NCBI GenBank assembly: GCA_025786725.1
Contig: JAHLTZ010000017.1
Span: forward strand, 186,001 to 250,000
Reading direction: 5' to 3'
Source: Syncephalis fuscata S228
Taxonomy: Eukaryota; Fungi; Zoopagomycota
Length of the DNA stretch: 64,000 nt
The notes below the pieces were generated by a model. The model had not been told where the DNA came from. It did no database searches and saw only the letters and a list, made by a program, of their open reading frames with translations. Positions 12,687 to 24,527 of the stretch are shown here, in pieces; position 1 is the stretch's first letter; each line of letters begins with the position of its first letter. The position numbers and the translations under genes were made by a program.

Positions 12687-13631
12687 ATGGCTAGTATGTT
12701 TACTTGGGTGCCACGTCCCCTTGTAACTATTATAAAATGGTCACCGGTAGCATTAGTATTTTTAGACCATGGGTATACACTTGCTGTCATTCAAGGTCGT
12801 TCAATGCAGGTAAATGACGCACTCTTACCATCTTGTATTTATTGCTAATATATGACTGCGGTGCTGTAGCCAACACTGAATCCTGATACAAATAAAGGTG
12901 CACGCGATATTGTACTACTTAATAGGCGATCTCCACGCCGACCATTAGCGATTAATGGCAGTGGCGGGTATCAACGAGGCGATATCGTTACTCTTCGGTA
13001 AACAAACAAACAAACAAACAAACAAACAAATTATTTTATTTATTATTACTTATGCAATATGATTAGATCACCGACTGATCCATGTCGTGTCATTATAAAA
13101 CGTGTAGTAGCGACAGCAGGTGATAAAGTACAAGTATTGCCACCTTCTAAAAGATCTCAACCAATTAAACAAGCAAATCCATCGTATTTGCCACAACATG
13201 CTGCACTGGTAGCGACAGATACAGGCTCGACTATAGCAATAAGCGACGAGATGTGGATTACTATACCGCGTGGGCATTGTTGGGTAGAAGGCGATGATCC
13301 CTTTCATAGTAGAGACAGTAATGCATTTGGACCAGTAAGTACTATTCTAGTATCAATATTAATATTGAATAACTTATCAATTTGATCAAAGGTGCCAGTG
13401 GGGCTTATTCAATCGCGTGTGGCATGTATTGTATGGCCATTACAACGATTTGGTATGTTAAGCACGAATACAAACCATACAACATCAACATCCGCTTCTC
13501 CTTATCCTCTTTTATCCAACATTTTTACTCATCCACGAGTAATTCGAGGAACTTTCAAACCTTTAGATGAGTCTGTTTATGATCAAAGTATTGATTGGCA
13601 AGAAAGTAAACGACAAATATTACTACGCTAA
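12687..13631 (+). CDS. IMP2: Mitochondrial inner membrane protease subunit 2 (peptidase S26), 4 exons
   Basis: Spliced product contains GRSMQ|PTLNP, IIKRV, GHCWVEGD..HSRDSNAFGP|V and IVWP motifs. GT-AG introns at ~12810, ~12998 and ~13335. Confidence 0.9.
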
Positions 13632-13663
13632 TTAAAATAACTATTATTTATAATGTGTTTTCA

Positions 13664-14140
13664 TTATGCTTTCTTTGTATAAATCTCCTGGCCAGTAAAA
13701 TCATCAGCGCTGAGTGTTGATTCTATCTTCTCTGTGCGATGCGATACGTATGGTTTTAGCTATATTATTGAAGCGAAGTGATGTGAATAAAACAATACAA
13801 TATTAGTAAATAGAACGCTCTTGATTATTGACTTACGTCGCAATCGGTCAAGTCTGGCACAACATAGGTACGCACTTTACTGTAATCAATAATATAATTA
13901 CCTATATATCGTATTAGCTACACTATTACTTATCTATGGCTGTTAGAATCGTCGTTATCGACACTTACCGTGCTTTGTGTGTCGGCCCATAGCACCAGAA
14001 CGCGTACCTAGAATCCATCGAGTCAATGTTCCGACTCTAATCAATAACAAACTTTATTTACCTTTGTAGTAGTTGTGACCTCGCTTCGTATGCATAGGAG
14101 TACGTAGAGCGCCTAAGAGGGCACGTGTCGGACAGAACAT
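13664..14140 (-). CDS. MRPL27: Mitochondrial ribosomal protein mL41 (yeast MRPL27), multi-exon, not in ORF track
   Basis: Spliced translation MFCPTRALLGALRTPMHTKRGHNYYKG-TRSGAMGRHTKHG-NYIIDYSKVRTYVVPDL...LKPYVS matches the mL41 signature. Confidence 0.88.
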
Positions 14141-14270
14141 ATTGTCGAGCTGGTAGATAGACAATCGAGCGTAATCGCAATAAAGATATTAAAGATATAG
14201 CCGATTAAAATTTTGATTTTTTTTGTTTTCCTACTAATAACGTGTCGACACTCAGCGATCTACTTGGTCG

Positions 14271-16249
14271 ATGCCTACTCGTACACTGTTACGCCATTGT
14301 CGTCCCTGTTTTACGCATCGTTTCTTGTCGTCTGCTACTGCACTTAAACCGATAACTATGGCGGACACTAACCAGCCGACGAACCACGTCGAGCAACTAA
14401 CTGAAACAAGCCAAATGGAGATAGTTAATGCTACTAACGCTGTATCTAACAACAACGACGAAACAAATACAAAGCGACAGCGTTTAGAACGCGTCAATGG
14501 GAACGTACCGGTAAGAAAGGTAAAAAGAAGCCGGTCGACGGTTACGATCGTCGCTGGGGAACCCGTCCAGAAGGCGAGGAAGGAGCTGCAACAACAACAA
14601 CAACAAGTGAAGATGGAATAAAGCACGCCAACCAAAACGTAAAGTAGTACTGTTAATGGGCTTCTGTGGTACTGGCTATCAAGGCATGCAAGTGTAAGTA
14701 CTGATGCATTAGTAACACTGTCTATTAATTAAGGTGTTTATGTTTAGAAATCCCGGTGCTAAAACTATTGAAGGTGATTTATTCCGTGCTATGATTGAAG
14801 CAGGCGCTGTTTCGCGTGATAATGCAGATGATCACAAAAAGGTTGGTAGTAATCTAATATATATATATATATATATATATAATTAACCATTCAACAACTT
14901 AATTAGATTGGATTAATGAGAGCAGCACGAACAGATAAAGGAGTTCATGCTGCCGGTCAAGCCGTTTCTCTTAAAATGATTATAGAAGATCCTAGTATTG
15001 TTGATAAGGTCAATGCACTTTTACCTGAACAGATCCGAGTATGGGGTAAGTCGGTGTATTATCGACATTGCTTGTTATTGATACCAACTAGGATTTGTTC
15101 GTTGTATCAATTCTTTTCATGCAAAGAATATGTGCGATTCACGTATCTATGAATATCTACTACCTACTTATGTATTGCAACCAAGAGAAGCATTTGGTGT
15201 AGCGGGTAATACGGCAGTGACAACAGTAGCATCATCCATCGATGCGTCGGGTAATAGAATATATACCAATGTAGAGACGGGAGAGCAACATACATGGACT
15301 GCACCTGAACCATCAACACCAGAGGAAATGGCGCAACGACGTACTTATAGAATAAATCAAGTTACACTTGAGAAAGTAAGACAGGCATTGAGCAGCTATG
15401 AAGGCACCCACAATTATCATAATTACACTTGTGGTAAGAGGTTTAGCGAGGAGAGTGCAAAACGCTTTATTATAAGCTTTAAGGTATGAATGGCAATAAA
15501 GGAAGCGATCTGCGGTTATATTAACGTTTAATAGGCATCTGATCCATTTATACAACAAGGAACAGAATGGCTAAGTTTAAAGGTACACGGTCAATCGTTT
15601 ATGATCCATCAAATTCGTAAAATGGTTTGTAAGTAGTAAATACCAATATTTATTTATTAATTAAATACTAATACCGATGTTAATTATAATAATAAGCCAT
15701 GATGGTATTATTAGTAAGGAGCGAAACGCCATTTACTGTTATCCCTCAATCATTTGAAGCAACCAGAATAAACATTCCAAAAGCACCAGGTCTTGGATTA
15801 TTATTGGAACAGGTAATTCACCAATATAATAGTTTTATTACAATACTAATGATAATGAAATGATTAGACGGTATTTGGATCATATAATCGGAAATGTATA
15901 GAAACAGGTCGTGAACAAGTTACATTTGAGAAATATCAAGTATGCAATGATTTAATCATTTAATAATTATAATGACTAATACTTGGTTTGACAGGATAAA
16001 ATTGATGCATTTAAACGAGCATATATCTATGAGCGTATTGTAGAAGAAGAAATTGCTGTTAACGAGTAAGTTAATACATGATATTTACTTATTACTGATG
16101 TTTGTATATCTAGATTTGACAGTTGGATCAAGAGTGTCGATGCTCGTATGCACTACTTTCCATTCATCAATAAGGAAGGCATTGTTACTGAAGCAGATGA
16201 GGTGCTTTCTGAAGGAGGCGATGATACAGAAGTAGCAGCTGAAGAGTAA
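14271..16249 (+). CDS. PUS1: tRNA pseudouridine synthase Pus1 (TruA family), multi-exon
   Basis: [60 protein letters not shown] and [11 protein letters not shown] motifs. Two apparent 1-nt frameshifts near 14495 and 14620. Confidence 0.92.
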
Positions 16250-16388
16250 TAAATACAACTGTAGAAGCCATAGCTATTTTTAGTATTTGGTTGATAATAA
16301 TAGTTAAAATGTGTGCGTTTGTTAATATAATTAGTATAAACTTCATTTGTTGTAACCTTCTCTTCCTTTTCATTATTATTTGGCCACA

Positions 16389-17285
16389 ATGCGTTTGCCG
16401 TGGATACTTTTACTTGCTTTACTGGCCTGTACTTGGACCAGTGTAGTGTCGGCCTGGGAACAGCTAGATTACGATATCTTTGATCTAGTCGATGATATTC
16501 GTCGTGTTCACGGCGAAGATGCTACGTTCTACTCTATTCTGACGTGCCAGAAACGGCTACCACTTCCGAGATTGTTAAAGCTCACCGTAGACTATCACTT
16601 GCCGTCCAGTAAGTAGAAGAAAATATTTTTAATAATAATCTATATAAAACACGGACTAACACTCGCTTAATCGTCCAGTCCTGATAAGAATCCATCGAAA
16701 GAAGCCGAGAAAACATTTAAGCAATTAGGCGCGATCACTGCTATACTTAAAGATTCAGAGAAACGCGACCGCTATGGCTTCTTTTTAAAGAATGGTGTAC
16801 CTACATGGCGCGGTACTGGTTACTATTATAAAAGACATCGTCCAGGGCTTAGCGGTGTATTAATCATGCTTACAATCTTTGGTTCGGCCGTACATTATCT
16901 ATTGCTATACGTTGGATGGTGGCGCGGTAATGATCGCTGGCGTACTTTGCAAGCCGATCTTAAGAAGCGTAAAGGTCGTGCATCAAGCGGTGGTACTGGT
17001 GCCGTTCAAGGTTACATTGTTACCGAGGAGGGCGACTGGCCAGTAAAGAAACCAACACTTGCTTCAGTATTTGCCATTGCTATTCCTTTATGGTTTGTTC
17101 GTCGTCTAGTCATGCCTAATCGTCGTGAGGATGATGGCGATGGTGAAGCAACACTTGCTGAACACACATCAGATGAAGAAGTAGCCGGAAATGATCATGG
17201 ATCCGATAATAATAATAGCGGTCGCAATACACCAACGCCATCTCAACGTACACTACGCCCACGTCGTCGTAAGGCAAACAAATAG
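16389..17285 (+). CDS. ERJ5: ER J-domain protein (Erj5/DNAJC1-like)
   Basis: Signal peptide, WEQLDYDIFDL, J domain with HPD across an intron (AVH|PDKNP), GVPTWRGTGYYY, TM helix. Apparent frameshift at ~16540. Confidence 0.82.
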
Positions 17286-17444
17286 CGATAATAGCAATAA
17301 GAATTAATAATAAATTTAAATGAGTCAATTGAACGACACTCGTAACTATTGCACAACAACGTGTATATTCTTTATTTATCAAATATGATGTTATCGTGAT
17401 CATGGTCATTTTAAAGAGTAGAAACTTATATATTTCCTGTAGAA

Positions 17445-19012
17445 TTAAAGATTGCCAATAACGGCCAAGGTAAAGTCGGTCGTGGTGTTGTTGCCGCCCA
17501 TGTCAGGAGTGCGGACACGGCCACTAGACACGGTCTTGTAAAGAGCATTCGCAATAGTTGTGGCGTGCTCTTCCAAGTTCAAGTGGCGTAGCATCATCAC
17601 TGAGCTAAGAATCATAGCCGACGGATTGGCAGCGTTACGACCTTCAATGTCGCGACCAACGTGACGACATCCCTAATACACATAACAAATAAATATTTTA
17701 TTATTCAATAGCTAATTATTAACAGTTGACTTACTGGTTCAAAAATGGCAAAGTCACGACCAATATTGCATCCTGGTACAATACCTGGACCACCGACTAA
17801 GGCAGCACCAACATTGCTCATAATGTTACCGTACAAGTTTGGTAGCACCATGACGTCAAACTGCTGTGGACGAGAAACAAGTTGCATAGCAGCATTATCG
17901 ACAATCATGTCATTGAACTCAATGCCTGAAGCTGAGTATTCCTTGGCCACGTTACGGCAGGTATTAAGGAATAGACCATCACCCAATTTCCTATAGTATT
18001 ATTTATTAATATATACTATATTGCTATTTAATTTATCATAATTACATAATATTGGCCTTGTGGATGCATGTAACCTTCTTGCGGTTGTTGCGAATGGCAA
18101 ATTCAAAGGCAAAACGCGCAATACGTTCGGATTTGGCGCGTGTCACAATCTTAAGCGATTCAACAACACCTGGATAAGACTAGAATGAGTTAGAGTTAGT
18201 AACTAGTATATGCCTATTTAAAGCACTGTTATTACCTGATGTTCTAATCCCGAGTATTCACCCTCAGTATTCTCTCGAATAATAGCAAAATCGACATTCT
18301 TATGACGAGTTGGATAGCCATTTAGATTACGGCACTGCACCAAAGAAGCGTACAAATCAAGTTCTTTACGGATGGCCACATTGAAGGATCGATGGCCTAG
18401 TTTGGTGACTGGTGTGTATAAAATACCTAAATAACAATAATAACAGCAACAATAATAAACATTAGTAATTTAATAAAAATGATACATATTGTTAATCTAA
18501 TATTACACGTGCAGTTTAATTAATATAATTACCTTTAAGACCAACTTTGTTATGGCGTAGACTTTCTACACTTTGCTTGAATAGCAAATCCTCCTGCGAT
18601 GTGTAGCCGGATACATCAAACTGCTCCCATTCCACGGGTACGTTCGCGGCCTTGAAGATTGTTTTGACTGCTTCGGCCGTCTCTTTACCGATACCGTCGC
18701 CTGGAATCAGTGTAACCGTGTATTTGCCACCTAGCTTATTGCCGGCAAATGGCGACTAATCAATAAGTATTAATTTACATAGAATGATCAAGTATTGTGC
18801 TGTTAGAACGTACTCTTTGGACATCGGGTAAGTTAGTGTTGGCAACAGCAGTGGCAAGTGAGCGCACTGCCATGGCCTACAACAATCAGTAAAAGCGTTT
18901 GATCAAACACGGTTAGTTGGATGTATAGCATGGCGTGGCTGTCACGTCTCATGCTTACCTGGGTCAATGGCTGCGACTGGCGCAGTGAACGAAGCGAGGA
19001 ACGGGCCAGCAT
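17445..19012 (-). CDS. IDH1: NAD-dependent isocitrate dehydrogenase subunit 1, mitochondrial, multi-exon
   Basis: [32 protein letters not shown]|[24 protein letters not shown] and EPGCRHVG (regulatory-subunit type). Confidence 0.93.
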
Positions 19013-19542
19013 GATTTAACGAATCCAAAATGAAATAAAGATCGTGGCAATAAAGAAAGAAAGAGCAACGGACGTCGTGGGAGGGGAGAAGAGGTAGCTT
19101 TGGTGTATTAGTTGTTGTTATCGTGTCGCCGCTATCACGCGCCCATTCACATTATATTTTATCTACTATGACGATTGTAAATGAGAAAACGAAAAATTCC
19201 GATTAATTATCCGTGACATGTATGATTTTACAATGAGATCACACGATTAATCGCCATTGTTTAATTGATTATATTAATACGGATTTAATATACGTATATT
19301 GTAAGTTGCTGCATTGTTCTTGATGTTTTAAATTGCTTATTCATAAATCTGTCTACATTGTAGTCTTTAATTATACAGTAAATTTTATTTTTTTACTCAA
19401 ATATAATATAGTAATTTATAATAAATTAATGCTATTGCAACTTGTAATTACAACCGTATAAATAATAGAAATATAAGCTATACATTGGCTTATATTGGCT
19501 TTAGATGTTTTTAAATAAATACAAATTTTTACTTAATTTTAA

Positions 19543-20095
19543 TAATGTATCAACACCCAACACACTAGAAACCAAGATCAGCCACCAACCAATGTGGAAA
19601 GAAAAGCTCTAGGACGTGATACTTAGCAGCGTGCAGGCAAGTCGACATAAGTTACTCTTCTTTGCGCGTATGACCAGGATTGGTGAGAATAAACAATCGC
19701 TAGTAAAGTGAAGGCAAAGTTGAGTTGGACTGGTAAGCGGTGCTGTGAGTCAATCCACCCAACTCAGAGCCGATTAAAAAAAGAATATGGGTTTGGACTG
19801 TTTTTAAAGTTAGTAAAAAATGTACCAGCGGAGCCGGGCAATGTGCACCACTGTTGAAACAAGCAGTAGTGCATGCCGTGTTATGCTCAGCTGGAGGAGT
19901 CCAGCATCACATTGCTGTGTGCCAGAATCTCACCGTTATTCTTCGCTGTGGCACAACCACATAGGCAATGACGCGCAACAGCACAAATAAATGGCTGGCG
20001 TTTCCGTCTAGCCAACGAGTTGTTTAACAGCGTTGATTCCGAAGAGCAAGAGCTGTTGGCGCTTTGGCATGGGCTGGGGGATATGTCGAATGATA
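19543..20095 (-). ncRNA. Candidate structured non-coding RNA (~550 nt), family unassigned
   Basis: GC-elevated island with no ORF of 60 aa or more, containing about ten 6-10 bp helices and an 8-bp closing helix (19642-19649 with 20082-20089). cUUCGg and GAAA tetraloops and most G-U wobbles occur on the minus strand. Confidence 0.5.
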
Positions 20096-20491
20096 GTTAT
20101 GAATTTTGGGATAAATTTTTTTTTTTGTTAGTTTCACATTACACGTGTTAAATAATACGAGACATTAAATAAAATGACTATCATAGAATGTAGCAACTAT
20201 TTATTCAACAAGTTAAATGGCATTAATCTCAACGAATAAACAAGTTTGCGACGCCATATAGCATCTAGTCGTTTATCTATGCTTCGCGAGTGAGCACCAG
20301 TCTGGTGTATAACAAACTAGTAAATAGCTGTTGGCCAGAATGAGCCCAAATAAACGATGCACATTGTAGTTATTTACACCCAAAATCAATTAGCCATTAT
20401 AGTTTTAGTTTTCCTACTGTTAGAGCAGATGTGGGATGGCGCTAAGTAGCACATGAGTTGCTATAATTAGACCATACTATATTACAATATC

Positions 20492-22339
20492 TATATTATT
20501 TGTTAGTACGTTATATTTATAAAAATATGCTACTAACATGTTAATTATTGAATGGAAACAAGACATAGGTACAGTTATAACAATCTGAGTAAGTATAAGT
20601 AGAATAAACTATTTGTCTACTAATAAAGTTTACCCAGTTGAATAGATACAACAAAATGCAAGCTTGTTGATAATATAATGGCTTTATTGCTTGAATGTTG
20701 AATAGATCGAAACATTAGTCATAGCTTGACAAGTGGGTAGACGAAACAGCGTAGTTGACAAATGGGCTTGGTTGTCGTCGAATATATACCTAAAGTGTAC
20801 TGGACTAGTAGTTCAATTACATTGCCAATGCTAATGTCTTGAAAATGTTGATTATCCCTTGCCTATAAATTCGTACAGCACATACTATATCATTAATGTA
20901 TAAGTCAATATTATCAAGTATTACTTACCATCTATCAATACGAATCATCAAACAAATGGTGAATATTATATGTTAGCACATGAATACCTAGCATACAATA
21001 CCACTTACTAGCCATTGATGTCGAGTCATTAAACATGCATGCATAATATTTAGTTAGTATTTAGCTATTTAGTATATAATGCAGCTTATCTTCTATTAAT
21101 ATAAGTTTGGCAAATAAAGACAGCACTTGGGTAAATTATGGCCAAAAACACAATACTACTTATGTTCTATTAATACAAAATTAGCACATTATTATACGCA
21201 ATGCAACATTCTATATTATTATAATCAAGCTTATTTCTAGCTAGTGGCACTGTCTTACCCATTTACATTAGCAAGCAATAGCCAATTAGCACATCAATAT
21301 ACATGTTCGAAACTCATAATCTAGTTGTGTGTGTTTATCATGTTTAGTGCATATATAGCAGCGTACAATAAGCACTAGAACAATGCTTACAACAATGGCT
21401 TACCACCTAACATCACCACTGGTTAAGCACAATGTTAATAAATATATCAATTTGCATATTTATTAAAATTAAAATATATCGCAATAGACTCGGTCTAACT
21501 TAGTATACACCATGGCAGTAGTAGCTAGCAAGACCACAAAGATAGCGCAGACGACAAGAATAAAAAGCTTATAGTGTTATTGATCTGTTGACAAACAGGT
21601 AAAATAAATGATAGAGTATATTTAGTATAGAGCAAATAGTAGTGAGTATTTGGCAGAAAGTAGAATGCAATAATGATACTGTAGTTAGTTGTGTGCATTG
21701 TATGGACTATTTGAATCTATGGCTATGCTGAAATACCAGCATGCTGTATTACATGGACTATACTATTGATGTACAATGCGGACGAATAGCAATACATCCA
21801 CATGGTGGTTTGAAGCATATATGTATACCAACATATCGATGGTGTTATATTTTACGACCAAGCCTTTGGTTTAACCTGCTCAGCATCTACACAGACGACG
21901 CGACAATGTCAATGATCCATTATACATGTGGTAGAAATGCACTTATTACCGTGTACTATACCGCTACACACAGCTGACCATTGATGCAGATTAAATATAC
22001 TGGCTCTACAGCAACAGCAATGACACACCACTATGTCTTTGCCATTGCTTTCGCCAACAAACGTAACTCCAAATGCCTACGTGCATTCCGGACAGCACAG
22101 GACACTAATGCTGCAGCAGTGCTAACATATCAAATTTGTGATTCTACAGATATATATTGTTTTGTGAACTAGTAATAATCTCATGAATACAAAGATATAC
22201 AGACATGTAGCTATTGCTTAAAGAATCAATATTATTTTATTACAATGTTTCTGCTGTCTATATAAACACTATTTTAATTGACTGCTAGCATTAATTTATG
22301 ATTGCTAAATACATGTACTTATAATTATAAATTATAACA
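20492..22339. repeat. 1.85-kb segment duplicated in inverted orientation at 44032-45881 (cassette copy B)
   Basis: Reverse-complement match along the whole length with only scattered substitutions and 1-nt indels. ORF 21741-21977 is reproduced at 44387-44629. Confidence 0.97.
20852..21573 (-). pseudogene. Decayed secreted-peptide gene with putative micro-exon array (paralog of 1724-1924)
   Basis: Signal-peptide exon reads LFILVVCAIFVVLLATTAMVYTK, versus LSIAVVCTIVVALVASTVMVDAK in the intact gene. The ATG is lost. It is followed by tag|NNN|(g/a)taag units, e.g. ATG at 20929-20931. Confidence 0.7.
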
Positions 22340-23452
22340 TTTGGGCTTTGATGTAGCCAACTGTTCAGCCTTAAAATGAATTAGATTAAGTAATTTGTAT
22401 ACAGCGTAATGCACAAATATTAGACCATATTCACAAGACAATTCCATCAAATGCAATAAATTTTGAATGGACTGAAACATTGTATGGCACATCAATCGGT
22501 TGTAATTTCACGCAAAAGTGCTGACCACATGCAATTCATTGCAGAACTTTATATTTGTCATTGCTTACTCGTAGTATATACTGTGCAGAATCGCTTATTT
22601 ACAAAACACGATACTACTGCGTTTAATATTCAATTGATAATAATTACATAACGTTTGTAATGACACTTTTAGTAAAAGCATTTAATTGTTTGACACGGTT
22701 ATAAACAATAAGTGGTTAGATGCGACGATGTATTAGCTTGAATAACCATAAAATCATTCAGACTTTTAGCTTTATTTCATCCGCTATTACGTTTAGCTTA
22801 GTAGCAAATGTATATTTAGATCACAACAATGCATTTTTATTTGGTGGCACCAAATGACAATGGCGCGCCAGTTGATTGTGTAAAGTGCTAATTATATTTA
22901 GTTGCACACTAATGAGAGCATAAACAATTAGTTTGTTAGTTACATATGTAGCTGTAGCACAGCAAAGGGGCGGGCTATGATGTGCAGGATAAGGGGCCAT
23001 TGCACATTTATCTACCAGCTGTTTAAATGGCTACTATGTTATTTTGGTAGAAATAGTGCTAATGGTATACAACTATACAGTCTATACTATTTGGATTAAT
23101 GCTTATTTGGCCATTACGGTATTTTTATTTAGAATATCAATACTAAATTAGGGGTAAAGTTGAGACTATGGCTGAGGTGGTACACATGCAACTAAGCCGC
23201 ATGTACTTTTTTGGTCACATTAATAAAAGTTGATTTGCCACCCTGTTTCGCTGAGATATATTAATCCGCATCCATCGCATCAACGATTAGCGTCAGTTTC
23301 ATTTATTTCTTTATGTAGCGAGTATCCTTCCAAGCACACAAGCTATCCTCTTATAGTTTGCTGTCTCAAGACTAGCCGTTATATCTATTTTCATTTGCAA
23401 ATTCATCATGTATCGCTCTAGCTCCACCGGAACGTTTACTTCTTACAACACT

Positions 23453-24390
23453 ATGAGTTATGTTGATCGAGACAATAGTAGTATCAACAGTAGTTATTCA
23501 AAGATGGTAAGCATCATGTTACTACACGAACAAGTCAGTTGCTTACTATGATGACCTACAATTTAATATTTATAACGCAGCCTTATCTAGCGTAAGTCTA
23601 AACTACCGTAAATCAATCATTTGTTTATCAATTGCTAACTATCAAATTGTTCAGTTTGTTGAATATTGCACTTTTGATAGTGGCATCAGTTTTTTCCATG
23701 GCTGCCCTCATACTCTATGCGCGACAAAATAATTATCGCCATCACAGCTTGCCGGTAACAAGTTCAAGTCAACCTTTGAGTGCCACTTCAAACACCGACA
23801 AGTACAAGTCAACAAGGCAACGACATAGGTTTGGCATTACAGGCCTTTCCTTCAATACCGTTTGTCTGGCGCTTATCGGTAACTTATTTGTTATGGGCAT
23901 TCGCCGATATCAATCCAATGTAAATACAAATCTACTAAGCTATAGCATAGCATCATTTGTACTGGATATTGTGTTTCTGGTAGGTCAATCATCATCATTA
24001 TTATAGCAATCATTAACAGGTTGTTTCAGTTCCCAGCTATTATTGTAAGCTGGTGTATCCAATACTTTGATCACTGGAGTACCGCAGATAAAAAGATATT
24101 GTTTCTACTAAACTCAAGTTTCAAGTTTTTCTGTCTTGCTATTGTTGCCGAGTTTTTCTTTCAACTTAACGTTTGGGACTTTAGTTTTGGCAACGAAAAA
24201 GACCAAACCGTATTTATACGCTTTTTATCTGCCGGAGTGTTACTATATAGTACCTCAATTGCCCGTTAATACTTATAAATATTATTATAACTCAATAAAA
24301 GATTGTTTTACCAAGCACTATTGTAAATTATTCAACTATAATGTTTACGCCATTCTACTAGGAAGAACGGTATATCTGAGGTTATAAACA
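23453..24390 (+). CDS. Membrane protein, possibly PQ-loop-like (divergent or frameshifted)
   Basis: Several hydrophobic helices across short exons. GITGLSFNTVCLALIGN segment and, in the adjacent frame, YYIVPQLPVN resemble PQ-loop repeats. Boundaries uncertain. Confidence 0.45.
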
Positions 24391-24527
24391 TAAAACATTC
24401 CTATTATTTCATAAAGGTCTTAATCGTATACAAATAGTATTAATGTTTAATAAGGTACATCTCATATTCTTTTTATATTAATTGTATCAAATTGGTAGTT
24501 GAAAGAATAGCAATTTATTGTAGATTG

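Noticed and set aside
19844-19910. SRP RNA (GAAA..AGCAG and GGAG-capped hairpins on + strand)
   Set aside because: The helix 6/8 order is reversed, the 5' CAGG of helix 8 is absent, and no Alu UGUAA motif is positioned appropriately.
20101-20132. Sm site and overlapping 5' splice site (aattttgg, t-run then gttagt) suggesting a + strand telomerase RNA 3' end
   Set aside because: Tetraloops and most G-U pairs favour the minus strand, and such T-rich motifs are common here. Not excluded, but unsupported.
21741-21977. 78-80 aa ORF present twice (also 44387-44629)
   Set aside because: Identity only reflects the recent duplication. It lies antisense in the cassette's upstream region, and the frame is not preserved in copy A.
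23322-23330. GTATCCTT U12-type donor
   Set aside because: No matching TCCTTAAC branch site or required intron was found.
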